A program made the position numbers and the translations under genes. Below are positions 19,023 through 29,400 of a stretch of DNA of 64,000 nucleotides, piece after piece. The stretch is taken from the IMG/VR virus record IMGVR_UViG_3300021139_001840, positions 1-64,000 of that record. One strand, written 5' to 3'. Below the pieces are notes generated by a model, which did not search any database, was not told the DNA's origin, and was given only the letters and a program-made list of their open reading frames with translations. Numbering within the stretch: position 1 is the stretch's first letter; each line of letters opens with the position of its first letter. Source of the DNA: a virus.

Positions 19023-19084
19023 TTAAACACATTGACCCGAACCAAGTTATTGGTAGCAAAGCGAAAGCTGGTTAATGTGTTTAA
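19023..19084 (+). ncRNA. Candidate three-way-junction RNA
   Basis: 15-bp closing stem (one G-U) enclosing CCAA-GTTA-TTGG and AGC-GAAA-GCT hairpins. Confidence 0.55.
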
Positions 19085-19108
19085 TTATAAATTTTTAGAA
19101 AGAATAAC

Positions 19109-19468
19109 ATGAGTAAGCCAGTATTTTCAGATTTATTTAAATTTAGCGGTCGTCGTAATCGTCAATCTTATATTTTATTAAAATTGTTTTATTTTTTAAT
19201 ATTTTGGATTGCGGTGGCATTATCGACCACAATGATTATGACAGTGCCTGTACTTGGATTCATTCTTTGGATGGCCATAGGCATTGGTTTAATTGCCGCA
19301 GCAATTTCTGTTATAGCGGCAACAACACAACGTATTCGTGATTTTGGGCAAAGCGGGGTATGGGTATTGTTGTTGTTAATCCCATATGTTGGGTTAGCGT
19401 TTGCTCTTGCTCTTTGGTTCATCCCCAGTTCAAAAGGCGATAACAAATACGGATCAAGCTGTATTTAA
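19109..19468 (+). CDS. DUF805 (YhaH-like) inner-membrane protein
   Basis: FSGRRNRQSY...QRIRDFGQSG.W...LIPYVG...NKYG. Confidence 0.85.
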   Translation: MSKPVFSDLFKFSGRRNRQSYILLKLFYFLIFWIAVALSTTMIMTVPVLGFILWMAIGIGLIAAAISVIAATTQRIRDFGQSGVWVLLLLIPYVGLAFALALWFIPSSKGDNKYGSSCI

Positions 19469-19496
19469 AATACAAAGGGCCGAGCCCTTTGTATTT
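19468..19496 (+). terminator. Perfect 13-bp hairpin, probable terminator
   Basis: AAATACAAAGGGC-CGA-GCCCTTTGTATTT. Confidence 0.7.
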
Positions 19497-19514
19497 GTAT
19501 AGAAAGGCATTAGC

Positions 19515-19640
19515 ATGGAAAACATCATTGAAAAAGCAAAACAGTTTTTAGAAACTGATAAGGGTAAAGCGGTAGGCATCGCAGCCGCAATTATAACAGC
19601 CTTAATTGCTATAAAACTGTACAATAAAAATAAAAAATAA
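19515..19640 (+). CDS. 41-aa single-TM protein (not in ORF track)
   Basis: AAAGG SD; ...GIAAAIITALIAIKLYNKNKK. Confidence 0.65.
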   Translation: MENIIEKAKQFLETDKGKAVGIAAAIITALIAIKLYNKNKK

Positions 19641-19732
19641 TTAGCATATTCACAGCGGTTAATTTATAGCCTTAAAAAGCAAATTTAACTGTTAGTTTTT
19701 TACAAATATTCATTAAGGGCATAATTAATATT

Positions 19733-19978
19733 ATGTCCCGCGAAGATGAAATAGAACAAGAAGTTAGAATATTAATCATGGAACTCATGATGGTGTTATA
19801 TAATCATAACATTACAGAAATTCATGTTGGTGCTCTCATGCGACTTATAGGAGTCGAGGATGATAAAGCCACAGAATCAGACGATGAGCGTATTCAAATA
19901 GATGAAAGATTCAGTAAATATATAAAGCAAATGGTCGACTTGACGTTAGACACAGATCATGATCAAACTTTACATTAA
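19733..19978 (+). CDS. Hypothetical protein
   Basis: ORF 5 nt after TAATTA motif. Confidence 0.7.
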   Translation: MSREDEIEQEVRILIMELMMVLYNHNITEIHVGALMRLIGVEDDKATESDDERIQIDERFSKYIKQMVDLTLDTDHDQTLH

Positions 19979-20220
19979 TGACACTTCCTATTTTTAAAAA
20001 CGGTGATGCGCTTTATACTATCATTTACAGACAAGAAGACGCTAGAAGTCGACTACTAAAATGGCTTAATTCTAGCCGTTCAATACAAGCCCGAGTAGAA
20101 GATAACAAGTTATATCTTTACGATTACAATAGCTTATCCGTTTTTATTTTAAATTGGTCCTTTGGTTGGGACAATTTATTAATTTGGGACTGTTACGCCA
20201 AAAGACACATTAACATCTAA
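19978..20220 (+). CDS. Hypothetical protein
   Basis: TAATG coupling. Confidence 0.7.
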   Translation: MTLPIFKNGDALYTIIYRQEDARSRLLKWLNSSRSIQARVEDNKLYLYDYNSLSVFILNWSFGWDNLLIWDCYAKRHINI

Positions 20221-20292
20221 GAAAATTTGACTTATACATTAATTCATGTATAATTAAGTATGTATTAAGACACCAATCATAAAGGAATAACA

Positions 20293-20481
20293 ATGTCAAC
20301 ACATGAACAACTATTAGCAGCAATTGAAACATACAAAGCCGAAAATGAAAAATTTACAGGCAAAGGCGTTAAAGCCGCCGCCGCTCGTGCTCGTAAAGCA
20401 CTACAAGAAATCAGCAAAGGTTGTAAGGCACGCCGTGCTGAAATTACTGAAGAAAAAAACTCATTAGCAGCCGCAAAATAA
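20293..20481 (+). CDS. Histone H1-like (Hc1-type) nucleoid protein
   Basis: EKFTGKGVKAAAARARKALQEI..CKARRAE; AAGGA SD. Confidence 0.8.
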   Translation: MSTHEQLLAAIETYKAENEKFTGKGVKAAAARARKALQEISKGCKARRAEITEEKNSLAAAK

Positions 20482-20482
20482 T

Positions 20483-20653
20483 ATGACTCGCTACGAGTGG
20501 ATACAAGCTCTTGTTGAGGATCCAGAGCATCCAGGTGAATTATTACTGGACCTCGGCAATGAGTTGTGTGAATACCTTGATTGGAAAGAAGGTGACACAC
20601 TGGATTGGATTGATAATAAGGACGGTACATGGACGATACGAAAGAAGACTTAA
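20483..20653 (+). CDS. AbrB/SpoVT-like small protein (56 aa; not in ORF track)
   Basis: GELLLDLGNELCEYLDWKEGDTLDWIDNKDGTWTI swapped-hairpin pattern. Confidence 0.65.
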   Translation: MTRYEWIQALVEDPEHPGELLLDLGNELCEYLDWKEGDTLDWIDNKDGTWTIRKKT

Positions 20654-21219
20654 ATTTAGATATAAAAGAACTGCTAGACAAACTTAGGACTGTTGACGTG
20701 AACAAAAGTGCTTCTTCATCAGCAGATGTATCCACAAATGATGCCTGTTATGATAGCAGTCCATACATTTATAATAATGCGTCTGATACTATTACCTTAA
20801 GTGGGAGTGAGTTAACTAATGGTGGGTCAACAATACTAAATCCCGGCGGGCTTACAGGATCATACGGGCAAGTTTATACCGCAAGCTCTGGTCTTGGTGG
20901 TACTTACAGTAATACCTCGCCCTGGGCAACCAGCACAGGCACTGCAAGTCCTTGGGTCACTAATACCACTCTAAAAGGCGGACAACTAGAACTCGAAGGC
21001 AAAGATGCCGATATTATTATAGATGGTAAAAGTTTGCTTGATACACTGGCAGCCTTAGAAGAACGATTAAACCTATTGGTTCCCAATCCTGAAATGGAAA
21101 AGGAATGGGACCAACTTAAACGGTTAGGTGACCGGTATCGTAAGTTAGAAAAAAAACTTAAAGAACAAAGTGACATGTGGAACAAACTAAAATCCATGCC
21201 ACCTCCAGAAATATATTAG
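20629..21219 (+). CDS. Hypothetical protein (S/T/G-rich middle, coiled-coil C-terminus)
   Basis: 196-aa ORF. Confidence 0.7.
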   Translation: MDDTKEDLNLDIKELLDKLRTVDVNKSASSSADVSTNDACYDSSPYIYNNASDTITLSGSELTNGGSTILNPGGLTGSYGQVYTASSGLGGTYSNTSPWATSTGTASPWVTNTTLKGGQLELEGKDADIIIDGKSLLDTLAALEERLNLLVPNPEMEKEWDQLKRLGDRYRKLEKKLKEQSDMWNKLKSMPPPEIY

Positions 21220-21289
21220 TAGTTAATAGCAAAAAGACATCGAAATGATTGCTTTTTTACAAGTTCTGTAATAAAATTAGTAAGTATTA

Positions 21290-21570
21290 ATAGTAGCGAA
21301 CACCGGACGGGCTTGATGCCGGAATATAAATGTAAGTCACGCCCAGTTAATAAGGTTTGTCCAAGTCTTATTAACTGTTCGAAAGAGGACTTCGGAACTC
21401 CTCTTCGTTGACAACTTAGAATTGTTTACACTCACTACAATTTATCGGACACAAGTGTAAACCAGGAAGAAGTATGCCAAAGAAGGCCGAGGTCTCGTAT
21501 CTACACTTCTCCTTTTTAATTTGTCAATGTGCTCATCCTGAGCATCCGCCGAAACGGTCCGGTTGAACCG
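21290..21570 (+). ncRNA. Candidate large structured RNA or 5' leader (~280 nt)
   Basis: Non-coding, at least six stems with two possible loop-loop pairings; preceded by TTGCTT-17-TAAAAT and TAAGTA. Confidence 0.6.
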
Positions 21571-21583
21571 AAGGAGAACGACA

Positions 21584-22267
21584 ATGAAGAATATCTTATT
21601 ATCGTTATTAATAGCATTAGGCAGTACCGCAGTAGTAGCACAAGAATACCAAGTAGCAGATTTAAAAGCAGAAGTAACATTTAAAGATCACGTGATTAAC
21701 CAAGCCACAAGTTTTGTGGAATCAACAGTTAATATGATCGCAACACCATTCTTATCCGACAAGGATGTAGAATGTTTAGCTCGTAATATATTTTATGAAG
21801 CTGGCGGCGAACCTATAGAAGGCAAAGCAGCAGTTGGAATAGTTACACTTAACCGCACTCAAGATGACAGATATCCACAAACCGTATGCGGTGTAGTTAA
21901 ACAACGTACTGTATTATCAGTACCACATCGAGTAAAAGAAGTTAAAACTATTAAAACTGATTGGCTAAGCCCTCCAAAACAAGTTGTTGAAGTTAAAACA
22001 ACTTGGGTACAAAAAACCATTTATCAATTTAGTTGGGTTGGACAACGCAATATCAAAATTCGTGAAGACGATCCACGCTGGATAGAATCCCGAGCAGTAG
22101 CCGAAGAGTTAGCTCGTGGTGGATATGAAACGTGGCAAGAAAAATATGAAAATGCAAAAAATTTCCACGCGGTTTATGTACATCCGGGCTGGAAATTAAA
22201 GCGTATTGGCCGGGTAGGTAACCATATCTTCTACGAAGGCACAACTCCTATTCAGCGGGGCGGTTGA
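21584..22267 (+). CDS. SleB-like cell-wall hydrolase (Hydrolase_2) with signal peptide
   Basis: CLARNIFYEAGGE...V.LNR...YQFSW...GNHIFY; AAGGAG SD. Confidence 0.9.
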   Translation: MKNILLSLLIALGSTAVVAQEYQVADLKAEVTFKDHVINQATSFVESTVNMIATPFLSDKDVECLARNIFYEAGGEPIEGKAAVGIVTLNRTQDDRYPQTVCGVVKQRTVLSVPHRVKEVKTIKTDWLSPPKQVVEVKTTWVQKTIYQFSWVGQRNIKIREDDPRWIESRAVAEELARGGYETWQEKYENAKNFHAVYVHPGWKLKRIGRVGNHIFYEGTTPIQRGG

Positions 22268-22292
22268 CAATAAATCCCAAGTTTGTTATAAT
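22264..22292 (+). promoter_or_regulatory. Sigma70-type promoter (perfect consensus)
   Basis: TTGACA-17-TATAAT. Confidence 0.9.
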
Positions 22293-22324
22293 AGTAGTAT
22301 GAATAGCAAATTTGGATTGATTTG

Positions 22325-22720
22325 ATGACGATGCATTTGGAAGGGCCGTGGTTAAGCACTACAGGCAAACAAAAGACCAAACGTAAGTGGACAAGTTCTG
22401 AAGCTAAGAAGTTAGCTGAAAAACGACAAGCTGAGTGGGATCGCAAGTTAGTTGAGTTTGATAAACTTGCTCCCAAATTCAGCACTGGGCCTTACAATGC
22501 TCCCCGAAAAACTATGGCAGATTTCATGCCCAAAACTCCCCCGGGTCGTGAAACTCCTCGAGTTCAATCACAGGACACAGGATGGGTGGCTTGTGTAAAA
22601 GTTAAGGATAACGAATATACTGGTGATGCTGTAGTCGGAATAGCGCAAATGGCAAAATCTAATGCAGTCCCTGTATTTGACTCTGACCATATTGTAGAGA
22701 TCGCTAGGATGCGGCGATAA
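22325..22720 (+). CDS. Hypothetical phage protein
   Basis: MTMHLEGPWL...KSNAVPVF...IARMRR. Confidence 0.75.
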   Translation: MTMHLEGPWLSTTGKQKTKRKWTSSEAKKLAEKRQAEWDRKLVEFDKLAPKFSTGPYNAPRKTMADFMPKTPPGRETPRVQSQDTGWVACVKVKDNEYTGDAVVGIAQMAKSNAVPVFDSDHIVEIARMRR

Positions 22721-22763
22721 TATTTACACAGGTAATAAGATGATAGGGATAAATAAAGTTACT

Positions 22764-23654
22764 ATGAGTAAACCATTTAAACCTACCACACTTTATATCA
22801 AGACCCATAATGTTACGGGACTTAAATATTTTGGCAAAACAACAGGAAACCCATTTGAATACCGCGGCTCCGGGATCTATTGGACGGCACACCTTAAAAA
22901 ACATGGCAATGATATTACTACAGAAATTCTAGGTTATTATACTGATAAAGACGAATGCATACAAGCCGCTAATTTGTTCTCTACTGAAAATAATATTGTT
23001 AAGGCCGTGAACGAAAATAATAAAAAGATATGGGCTAATCAAATTATCGAAAACGGCATCGATGGAGGAGCAACTTGGTTCGGCCCGCGCCCAAGAGAAA
23101 TGGTGGAAAGAATCGCCGCGAAACAACGAGGAGTACCAAAATCATTACCTCCTGAAGTAGCTAAAGCCGCCGCAGAAAAGGGATTGGCTACACGAGCAAA
23201 AAATGGAACTCTTCGAAAAAAAGGTGAGTGGAAATTCCCTGAAGCAAGTAAGCAAAAGTTAAGAGACGCTAATTTAGGCAAAAAACAATCCAAAGAAACT
23301 ATTGAAAAGCGCCGAGCTAACTTAATAGGAAAAAAACGTCCCGAAGTGGCAGCAAAGTTACGTGGCAGAACACATACACTAGAAGCTAGAGCTAATATGA
23401 AAGCGGCCCAACAAAATAAAGGGCCGTTAACTAAAGAAACCAAGCAAAAAATAAAAGCGGCACGAGCAAAACAGCAGAATGTTAAATCGTGGGGCGAACA
23501 AAATCAAGGCAAAGTAATAGTTATCGATAAAGAAGGAATAATGAGTCGAATACCAAAAGAACAGTATTATGCTCAAACGGGTCCAAAAAATGATTGGGAA
23601 TGGTTAAGTCATAAATCAGCCGATGCTAACGCTCGTAAGCTAAGTAAAATATAG
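22764..23654 (+). mobile_element. Free-standing GIY-YIG homing endonuclease with NUMOD3-like repeats
   Basis: LYIKTHNVTGLKYFGKT...YRGSG; repeats GKKQSKETIEKRR and GRTHTLEARANM; TAAATA promoter at 22750. Confidence 0.85.
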
Positions 23655-23665
23655 GGAGAATAACG

Positions 23666-23884
23666 ATTTCAAAAGACAATATTATTAAAATGGATGGTGT
23701 AATCACCGAGGTGCTACGCAACACTAACTACAGAGTTAAACTAGACAATATGGAAACTCCTATACTGGCTACATTATCCGGTAAAATGCGTATGAATAAT
23801 ATTAAAGTATTAGAAGGCGACGTTGTAGAATTAGAGCTCAGCCCATATGATTTAACTAGAGGCAGAATTTCTCGCCGTAGATAA
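23666..23884 (+). CDS. infA: Translation initiation factor IF-1, probable ATT start
   Basis: SGKMRMNNIKVLEGDVVELELSPYDLTRGRI; GGGAG SD 7 nt before in-frame ATT gives 72 aa. Confidence 0.92.
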   Translation: MSKDNIIKMDGVITEVLRNTNYRVKLDNMETPILATLSGKMRMNNIKVLEGDVVELELSPYDLTRGRISRRR

Positions 23885-23892
23885 ATAACTTT

Positions 23893-24444
23893 ATGAACAC
23901 ACTACGCAAAGACATTAATTTAGTAGAGGCTACTACTAAACCAGCCAAATTAGAAACAACCCCACTGCCTTATACACACAAGGCGCTTGAACCAGTAATG
24001 TCAGCTGAAACTATAGAATATCATTTTGAGCATCTTGCCAAAGGATACGCTAAAAAATACAATGCTGGGGAAGGGAATCCTGACTTTAATCGTGCGGGCA
24101 GTTTCTTGCACAACAAGTTTTTCCCACAACTTCGTGCGCCCAAGGGTGCTAATCGCCCTAAAGGTGCTGTGTTAGAATTAATTGAAACTAATTTTAAAAC
24201 TTACGAAGATTTTAAAATAGCATTTAAAAAGGTGGCCATGGCCATCCAGGGAAGTGGATGGTCCTATCTCTCTACATCGGGCACGATTAAAACCATCCCA
24301 AACCATCAGGTGCGGACAGATGTCGCTCTTTTGCTTGATATGTGGGAGCATTCGTTCGTTTTAGACTATCTCTGGGACAAAGAAAAATATATAGATAACT
24401 TCTGGAAAATAGTAGACTGGAATGTCGTAAACGAACGGCTTTGA
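23893..24444 (+). CDS. sod: Fe/Mn superoxide dismutase
   Basis: LPY...LEP.MS.ETIEYH, LHNKFF, GSGW, DMWEH, DWNVVNERL. Confidence 0.9.
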   Translation: MNTLRKDINLVEATTKPAKLETTPLPYTHKALEPVMSAETIEYHFEHLAKGYAKKYNAGEGNPDFNRAGSFLHNKFFPQLRAPKGANRPKGAVLELIETNFKTYEDFKIAFKKVAMAIQGSGWSYLSTSGTIKTIPNHQVRTDVALLLDMWEHSFVLDYLWDKEKYIDNFWKIVDWNVVNERL

Positions 24445-24474
24445 CATAAATACTTGTGGGAACACACAAGAACA

Positions 24475-25122
24475 ATGTCAAAAAATTATAGAAAAGTATT
24501 TGAACGTTATCATCAATGTTGTTTATTACCGGGTGTAGATATACATCATATAGACGGCGATCATAACAATAACCATCCTGAAAATTTACAAGCAGTTACA
24601 TTACAAGAGCATTATGATATTCATAAATCTCAAAATGATCATTATGCCTGTTACATGATTGCTACTCGTATGGATATTAAACCAAACGATTGGATAGAAA
24701 TGGCAAGGATCAATGGCCGTAAGTCAGCTATTAAAAACAAAGATAACGGAATTGGATTATTATCTTGGATAAAAAACAATCCTGAATTAGCACAAAAACA
24801 AAGATCAGATAGCGGAAAAGTTGGCGGCAAAAAATGTGCTGATGAAAAGATTGGATTCCATGGGTTATCTAAAGAACAAAAATTAGAAATAGCATCGCAA
24901 GGTGGTAAGAAAGCCGCTGAACTTGGATTGGGATTTAAGGCAGGACACGCATCTCAGGCAGGTAGAGTTGGTGGTAAGAAAGGCGGGCAATGGGCCAAAG
25001 AAAACAAGTCAGGAATTTTTGCTCTCACACCTGAGCAAATAAAAGCAAAAAATCAAAAAGCGGCAATAACTAAACTTATTAAAAACGGCAAAGCCTGTCG
25101 TTATCCAAAGGAAACCATATGA
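24475..25122 (+). mobile_element. Free-standing HNH endonuclease with Gly/Lys repeats
   Basis: DIHHIDGDHNNNHPENL....EHYDIH; GGKK repeats; TAAATA at 24447. Confidence 0.85.
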
Positions 25123-25445
25123 TTACTATTACAGAATCCGCTAATGCTAAGATTAAAGACATTATAGCTGAAGAAAACAACCCTGATTTAAAATTAAGGG
25201 TGTTTATACAAGGTGGTGGATGTTCTGGATTTCAAACAGGCTTTACTTTAGATGATACCCAAGCAGAAGACGATTGGGATTTTGAAGCTGATGGGGTCCA
25301 CGTGCTTGTAGATTCCATGAGTGGCGGCTATTTGGCGGGCGCTACAGTGGATTACAAAGAAGATATACACGGTGCGGCGTTTACAATTACCGGTATGGAC
25401 GCTAAAACAACTTGCGGTTGCGGCTCCAGTTTTTCACCCTTTTAA
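25119..25445 (+). CDS. erpA: A-type Fe-S carrier (ErpA/IscA/HesB family)
   Basis: [12 protein letters not shown]...TTCGCGSSF. Confidence 0.9.
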   Translation: MITITESANAKIKDIIAEENNPDLKLRVFIQGGGCSGFQTGFTLDDTQAEDDWDFEADGVHVLVDSMSGGYLAGATVDYKEDIHGAAFTITGMDAKTTCGCGSSFSPF

Positions 25446-25503
25446 CTCCCAAAATTACAGATATACTAATTTAGCTAAATACTTGTAGCTAAAGAGGAAT
25501 GGT

Positions 25504-26439
25504 ATGTCTCAACAATACATTAATGTAGGTGCTTCGGCAAACGACGGTTTGGGCGATCCTATACGCACAGCATTTCAAAAAACTAACGAAAATTTTAGTG
25601 AATTATACGCAAATAGTGGCGGCAATGCTAACACTGGTAATATTACATTCAGTGATACCACTATCAGCACAACCAACAATAATTTAATCCAGTTTACACC
25701 AAACGCAGCACTTCCAAATCTCACTTGGGCTATGGGAGATGTATCTAGTGATGTAAGCCTTTTGGTAGCCCCTACCAGCGATAGTGCTCAGATTGGAGCT
25801 TTTTTTATGCCAGGTAGCAACGGCACAGGAATACTTGCTTGGTCAAATGTTAATCCTTATTATGATACTGTTCTATTAGAAAGCTCGAAAAACATAACTT
25901 TAGTAACAAATTCCAATGGGCCAGGTCAATTACCTTGGATATTTGATAATACTGGTGTGTTAACATTACCAATCACCGCAGGCTCGGGCTTTAGTGTCAT
26001 AGCGGCAGCCAATTCTTATCCAGAATTATTGGCCTATGGATCAAGTGGCGATGGTGGCCCAGAATTAGACTGGATGGATGCCGATGATCCTGCTAATACC
26101 TTTAGCAATGTCAACACTTATCGCAATACTTTGTATATCAACAGTACTGGGTTATATGTTGGGTTAAATGAAAACGGCAATGCTAATCATTTCACAGGCA
26201 ATTTAACTTTAAGCAGCACCAACGGAGATTTGACTGTTCCTGGAAATATTGTTGCCAGTGGCACAATAACCACTAGTGGGACATTTAGACTCCCAAGTTA
26301 TACTACTAGTCAAATTGCTAATTTAACTGCCGTTGGCGGAGATATGGTTTATAATACAGATCTTCAAACTATACAGGGATATCAATTTAATTCAGTCACA
26401 AGCGTAATGGGATGGGTAAGCTGGGTTGTAGCCCCTTAA
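25504..26439 (+). CDS. Virion fibre/baseplate protein with gp9/gp10-like N-terminus
   Basis: INVGASANDGLGDPIRTAFQKTNENFSELY; TAAATA promoter; GAGG SD. Confidence 0.75.
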   Translation: MSQQYINVGASANDGLGDPIRTAFQKTNENFSELYANSGGNANTGNITFSDTTISTTNNNLIQFTPNAALPNLTWAMGDVSSDVSLLVAPTSDSAQIGAFFMPGSNGTGILAWSNVNPYYDTVLLESSKNITLVTNSNGPGQLPWIFDNTGVLTLPITAGSGFSVIAAANSYPELLAYGSSGDGGPELDWMDADDPANTFSNVNTYRNTLYINSTGLYVGLNENGNANHFTGNLTLSSTNGDLTVPGNIVASGTITTSGTFRLPSYTTSQIANLTAVGGDMVYNTDLQTIQGYQFNSVTSVMGWVSWVVAP

Positions 26440-26461
26440 CAATAAAGAGATCTATTAATCT

Positions 26462-29400
26462 ATGGCAACGCAACCTGTTTGGATTACTCCTGCTGGTAGT
26501 TTAGGAACTGTTCCAGAAGGCGCTTTTTATCAAGTGCCATTGCAAGTTACTGACTCTGTCACTATTGCCATAACAAGTCTAGTTTCAAATGGAAATACAG
26601 TTACAGTTACGTACGGTGCTTTAACATCTATACCATTTCAACGCGGTGATACTGTTGTTGTAGCTTCAGTAAATCCTTCAGCATACAACGGAAATTATAC
26701 AGCAACGTCTAGTAGCCTTACACAAACAACATTTACCTGCTCAGTCACTGATGCTTGGATTGGTGGTGGAACCGTATCCGATATTCCCAGCACAGTTTAT
26801 TTTGAACCTGTAGCTGGCGCACTACCTTCAGGAATTGAATGTACTCTAGATGGCGTGATACAAGGTGTGCCAAATAATATTGTTACTGTTGCTGACGAAG
26901 TAGTCATAGCAGGGCGCAATGTTACTAGTAAATTTGCCATACGAGCTTATACCGAAACGGTAGTGAATAATATTATAGTTGTTAACCGACTAGCGGATCG
27001 TACATTTACTATAACAGTTGCGGGTCAAAATGCTCCGCAGTGGATAACACCGCCTGGTCGTATTGGTGAGTATTGGGACGGAGAATTATTAGAACCTGGG
27101 CTACAACTGCAATATGTCAACGACAATAACACAGGTGTGCCTCCAGCCATTAGTCTTGTGTCAGGAAGGTTACCGCCCGGATTGACTTTAAGTTCAACTG
27201 GGTTGATATCAGGATACATTGGACTTAACCCTATTATATCGACAACTCCAGGATTTAGTAGAGCGGGGCAAGGGTTTTCAGTTTATCCTTTTGATTTCAA
27301 TGCAGAAACTCAAAACGCCAATTATGAATTTGTTTTACGAGTAACCGATGGAAAAACTTCGGCTCTACAAACTTTTTCAATGTTTGTTTGGAGTACCGCA
27401 ACATTTACTGCTGACACTACATTGATTACTGCTGATGATTCATATTTAACAGCATCAATTGCCAATGTAAATGTGCCAGTATTAAACAACATACAGGGAA
27501 GTATTGGCAGTGCTCCTAGTGATACATTCTTTGCTTATAAATTTACTGGTGAAGACATCAACGGAGATGAAATTAGATATAGTGGACTCAATATTCCACC
27601 TGGATTATATTTAGACCCTGTCAGCGGCTGGCTATCAGGATACTTGCCCGGTATCGGTCTAACTGAAACTGTTTACAACTTTAAAATCCAAGTGTATATC
27701 TACGCAACACCTTCAGTTATCAGCGATCCTTATCAATATAGTTTGACGTCAATTGGTCCTATATCAACCGAAGTTATTTGGGTTACACCATCTAATTTGG
27801 GATCTATAGTTAATGGCGGAACTAGTTTATTTTATGTTGAAGCAACTACTACAGCCGGATTACCATTAGAATATCGATTAGAATCTGGATCGGATTCTAC
27901 GTTGCCGCAAGGTTTGACACTTTTACCATCAGGAAATATAGTAGGACGAGTAAGTTTTAACATATTTACTTTAGACAGTGGCGCTACTACAATTGACAGA
28001 AATAGCACTACCTTTGATCTCACATATACATTTACGGTAAATGCTTATAGCGTTAATGGATATGTTAATGTGTTTAAATCTTTTACTATTAATGTTGTGC
28101 CTGTATATAACACACCCTATAACAATTTGTATATTGAATGTATGCCGCCCGTTCCAGACCGTCAACTTATTGGAAATTTGTTGCAAAATATTTCCATATT
28201 TACTCCATCATTAATATACAGACCTGATGACTACAATTTTGGCGTAAGCGACAACGTAATTTATTATCATGCGTATGGACTAAACGCTGTTAGTTTAAAT
28301 TACTATATTGAGTCACTACAACTTAATCATTATTGGAAAAATTTGACATTGGGCAAAATTAAAACAGCACAAGCTGTAGATCCAGTTACCGGCAAAGTTA
28401 TTTACGAAGTAGTGTATAGTGAAGTTATAGATAATTTAGTTAACAATAACGGAGTCAGTGTTGGCAAAGAGGTAGTACTACCATATGCTATTACTGAAAC
28501 CATATCTTGGATTTGGGATCCTGCCAAAGTTGGTCCAAACATAATTTTAAGCAATAATAATTTAACTGCCGCCGCAAATAGCAGTGATAATGAGTACGAT
28601 TCTGTGCTGGGAAATTATGCAATTACTCCTGGTACCAAAGTCATGTTTAGCTTAACACAAGAAGCTTGGGCACCTGAGTTTGAATCCACTGGCATTGGCA
28701 TTGGCAATGCGTCAACAAATATTCAAGCATGGGTTGGGTATGATAATAATTCTGGTGGATTTTACGATGATGGAACATATTGGACCAACGGCAATAATCT
28801 TATTAGTGGATATCCCGCATTTGAAATTAGTCCATTAATTATAGATGTGGCGGTTGACCGTGTAAACAATTTGATGTGGATAAGAGTTAATGGTGGACTT
28901 TGGAATAATAGTACAGTAGCAGACCCAGGTGCTGCTTTAGGTGGAGTTGATATCTCCAATATTGCCGGTGATGTTTATCCTTGTTATACTCCTTATTATT
29001 ATGCTGGTATAGGAAGTCAGGCAACTATAAATCCTTCCGCATTATACGGTGTGCCACTAGGTTATACATTTATAGCCGTATCTACATCAACAGATGTAGT
29101 ATATCCAAATGCTTTAACTAATATGCGTGATCAAGTTATTGATGTAGTGGGCCAAGAAAGTGATATGCTACCGTTGTGGATGCTATCTACCCAAAGTAAT
29201 GGGCATATATTAGGATTTACTCCGGCTTGGGTTATAGCATATACAGTACCAGGAGCCAGTGGTCAAATACAATATAATATAGAAACACAATTTGGTACTC
29301 AATTAAATCAAATTGATTTTGAAGCTGACCGTTATGAATTAGATAATGCCTTAACACAAAATTGGGACGCTGATACACAACAATGGATTCCAACGCCTCC

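Noticed and set aside
19023-19084. Hammerhead ribozyme
   Set aside because: Three-way junction lacks the CUGANGA core on either strand.
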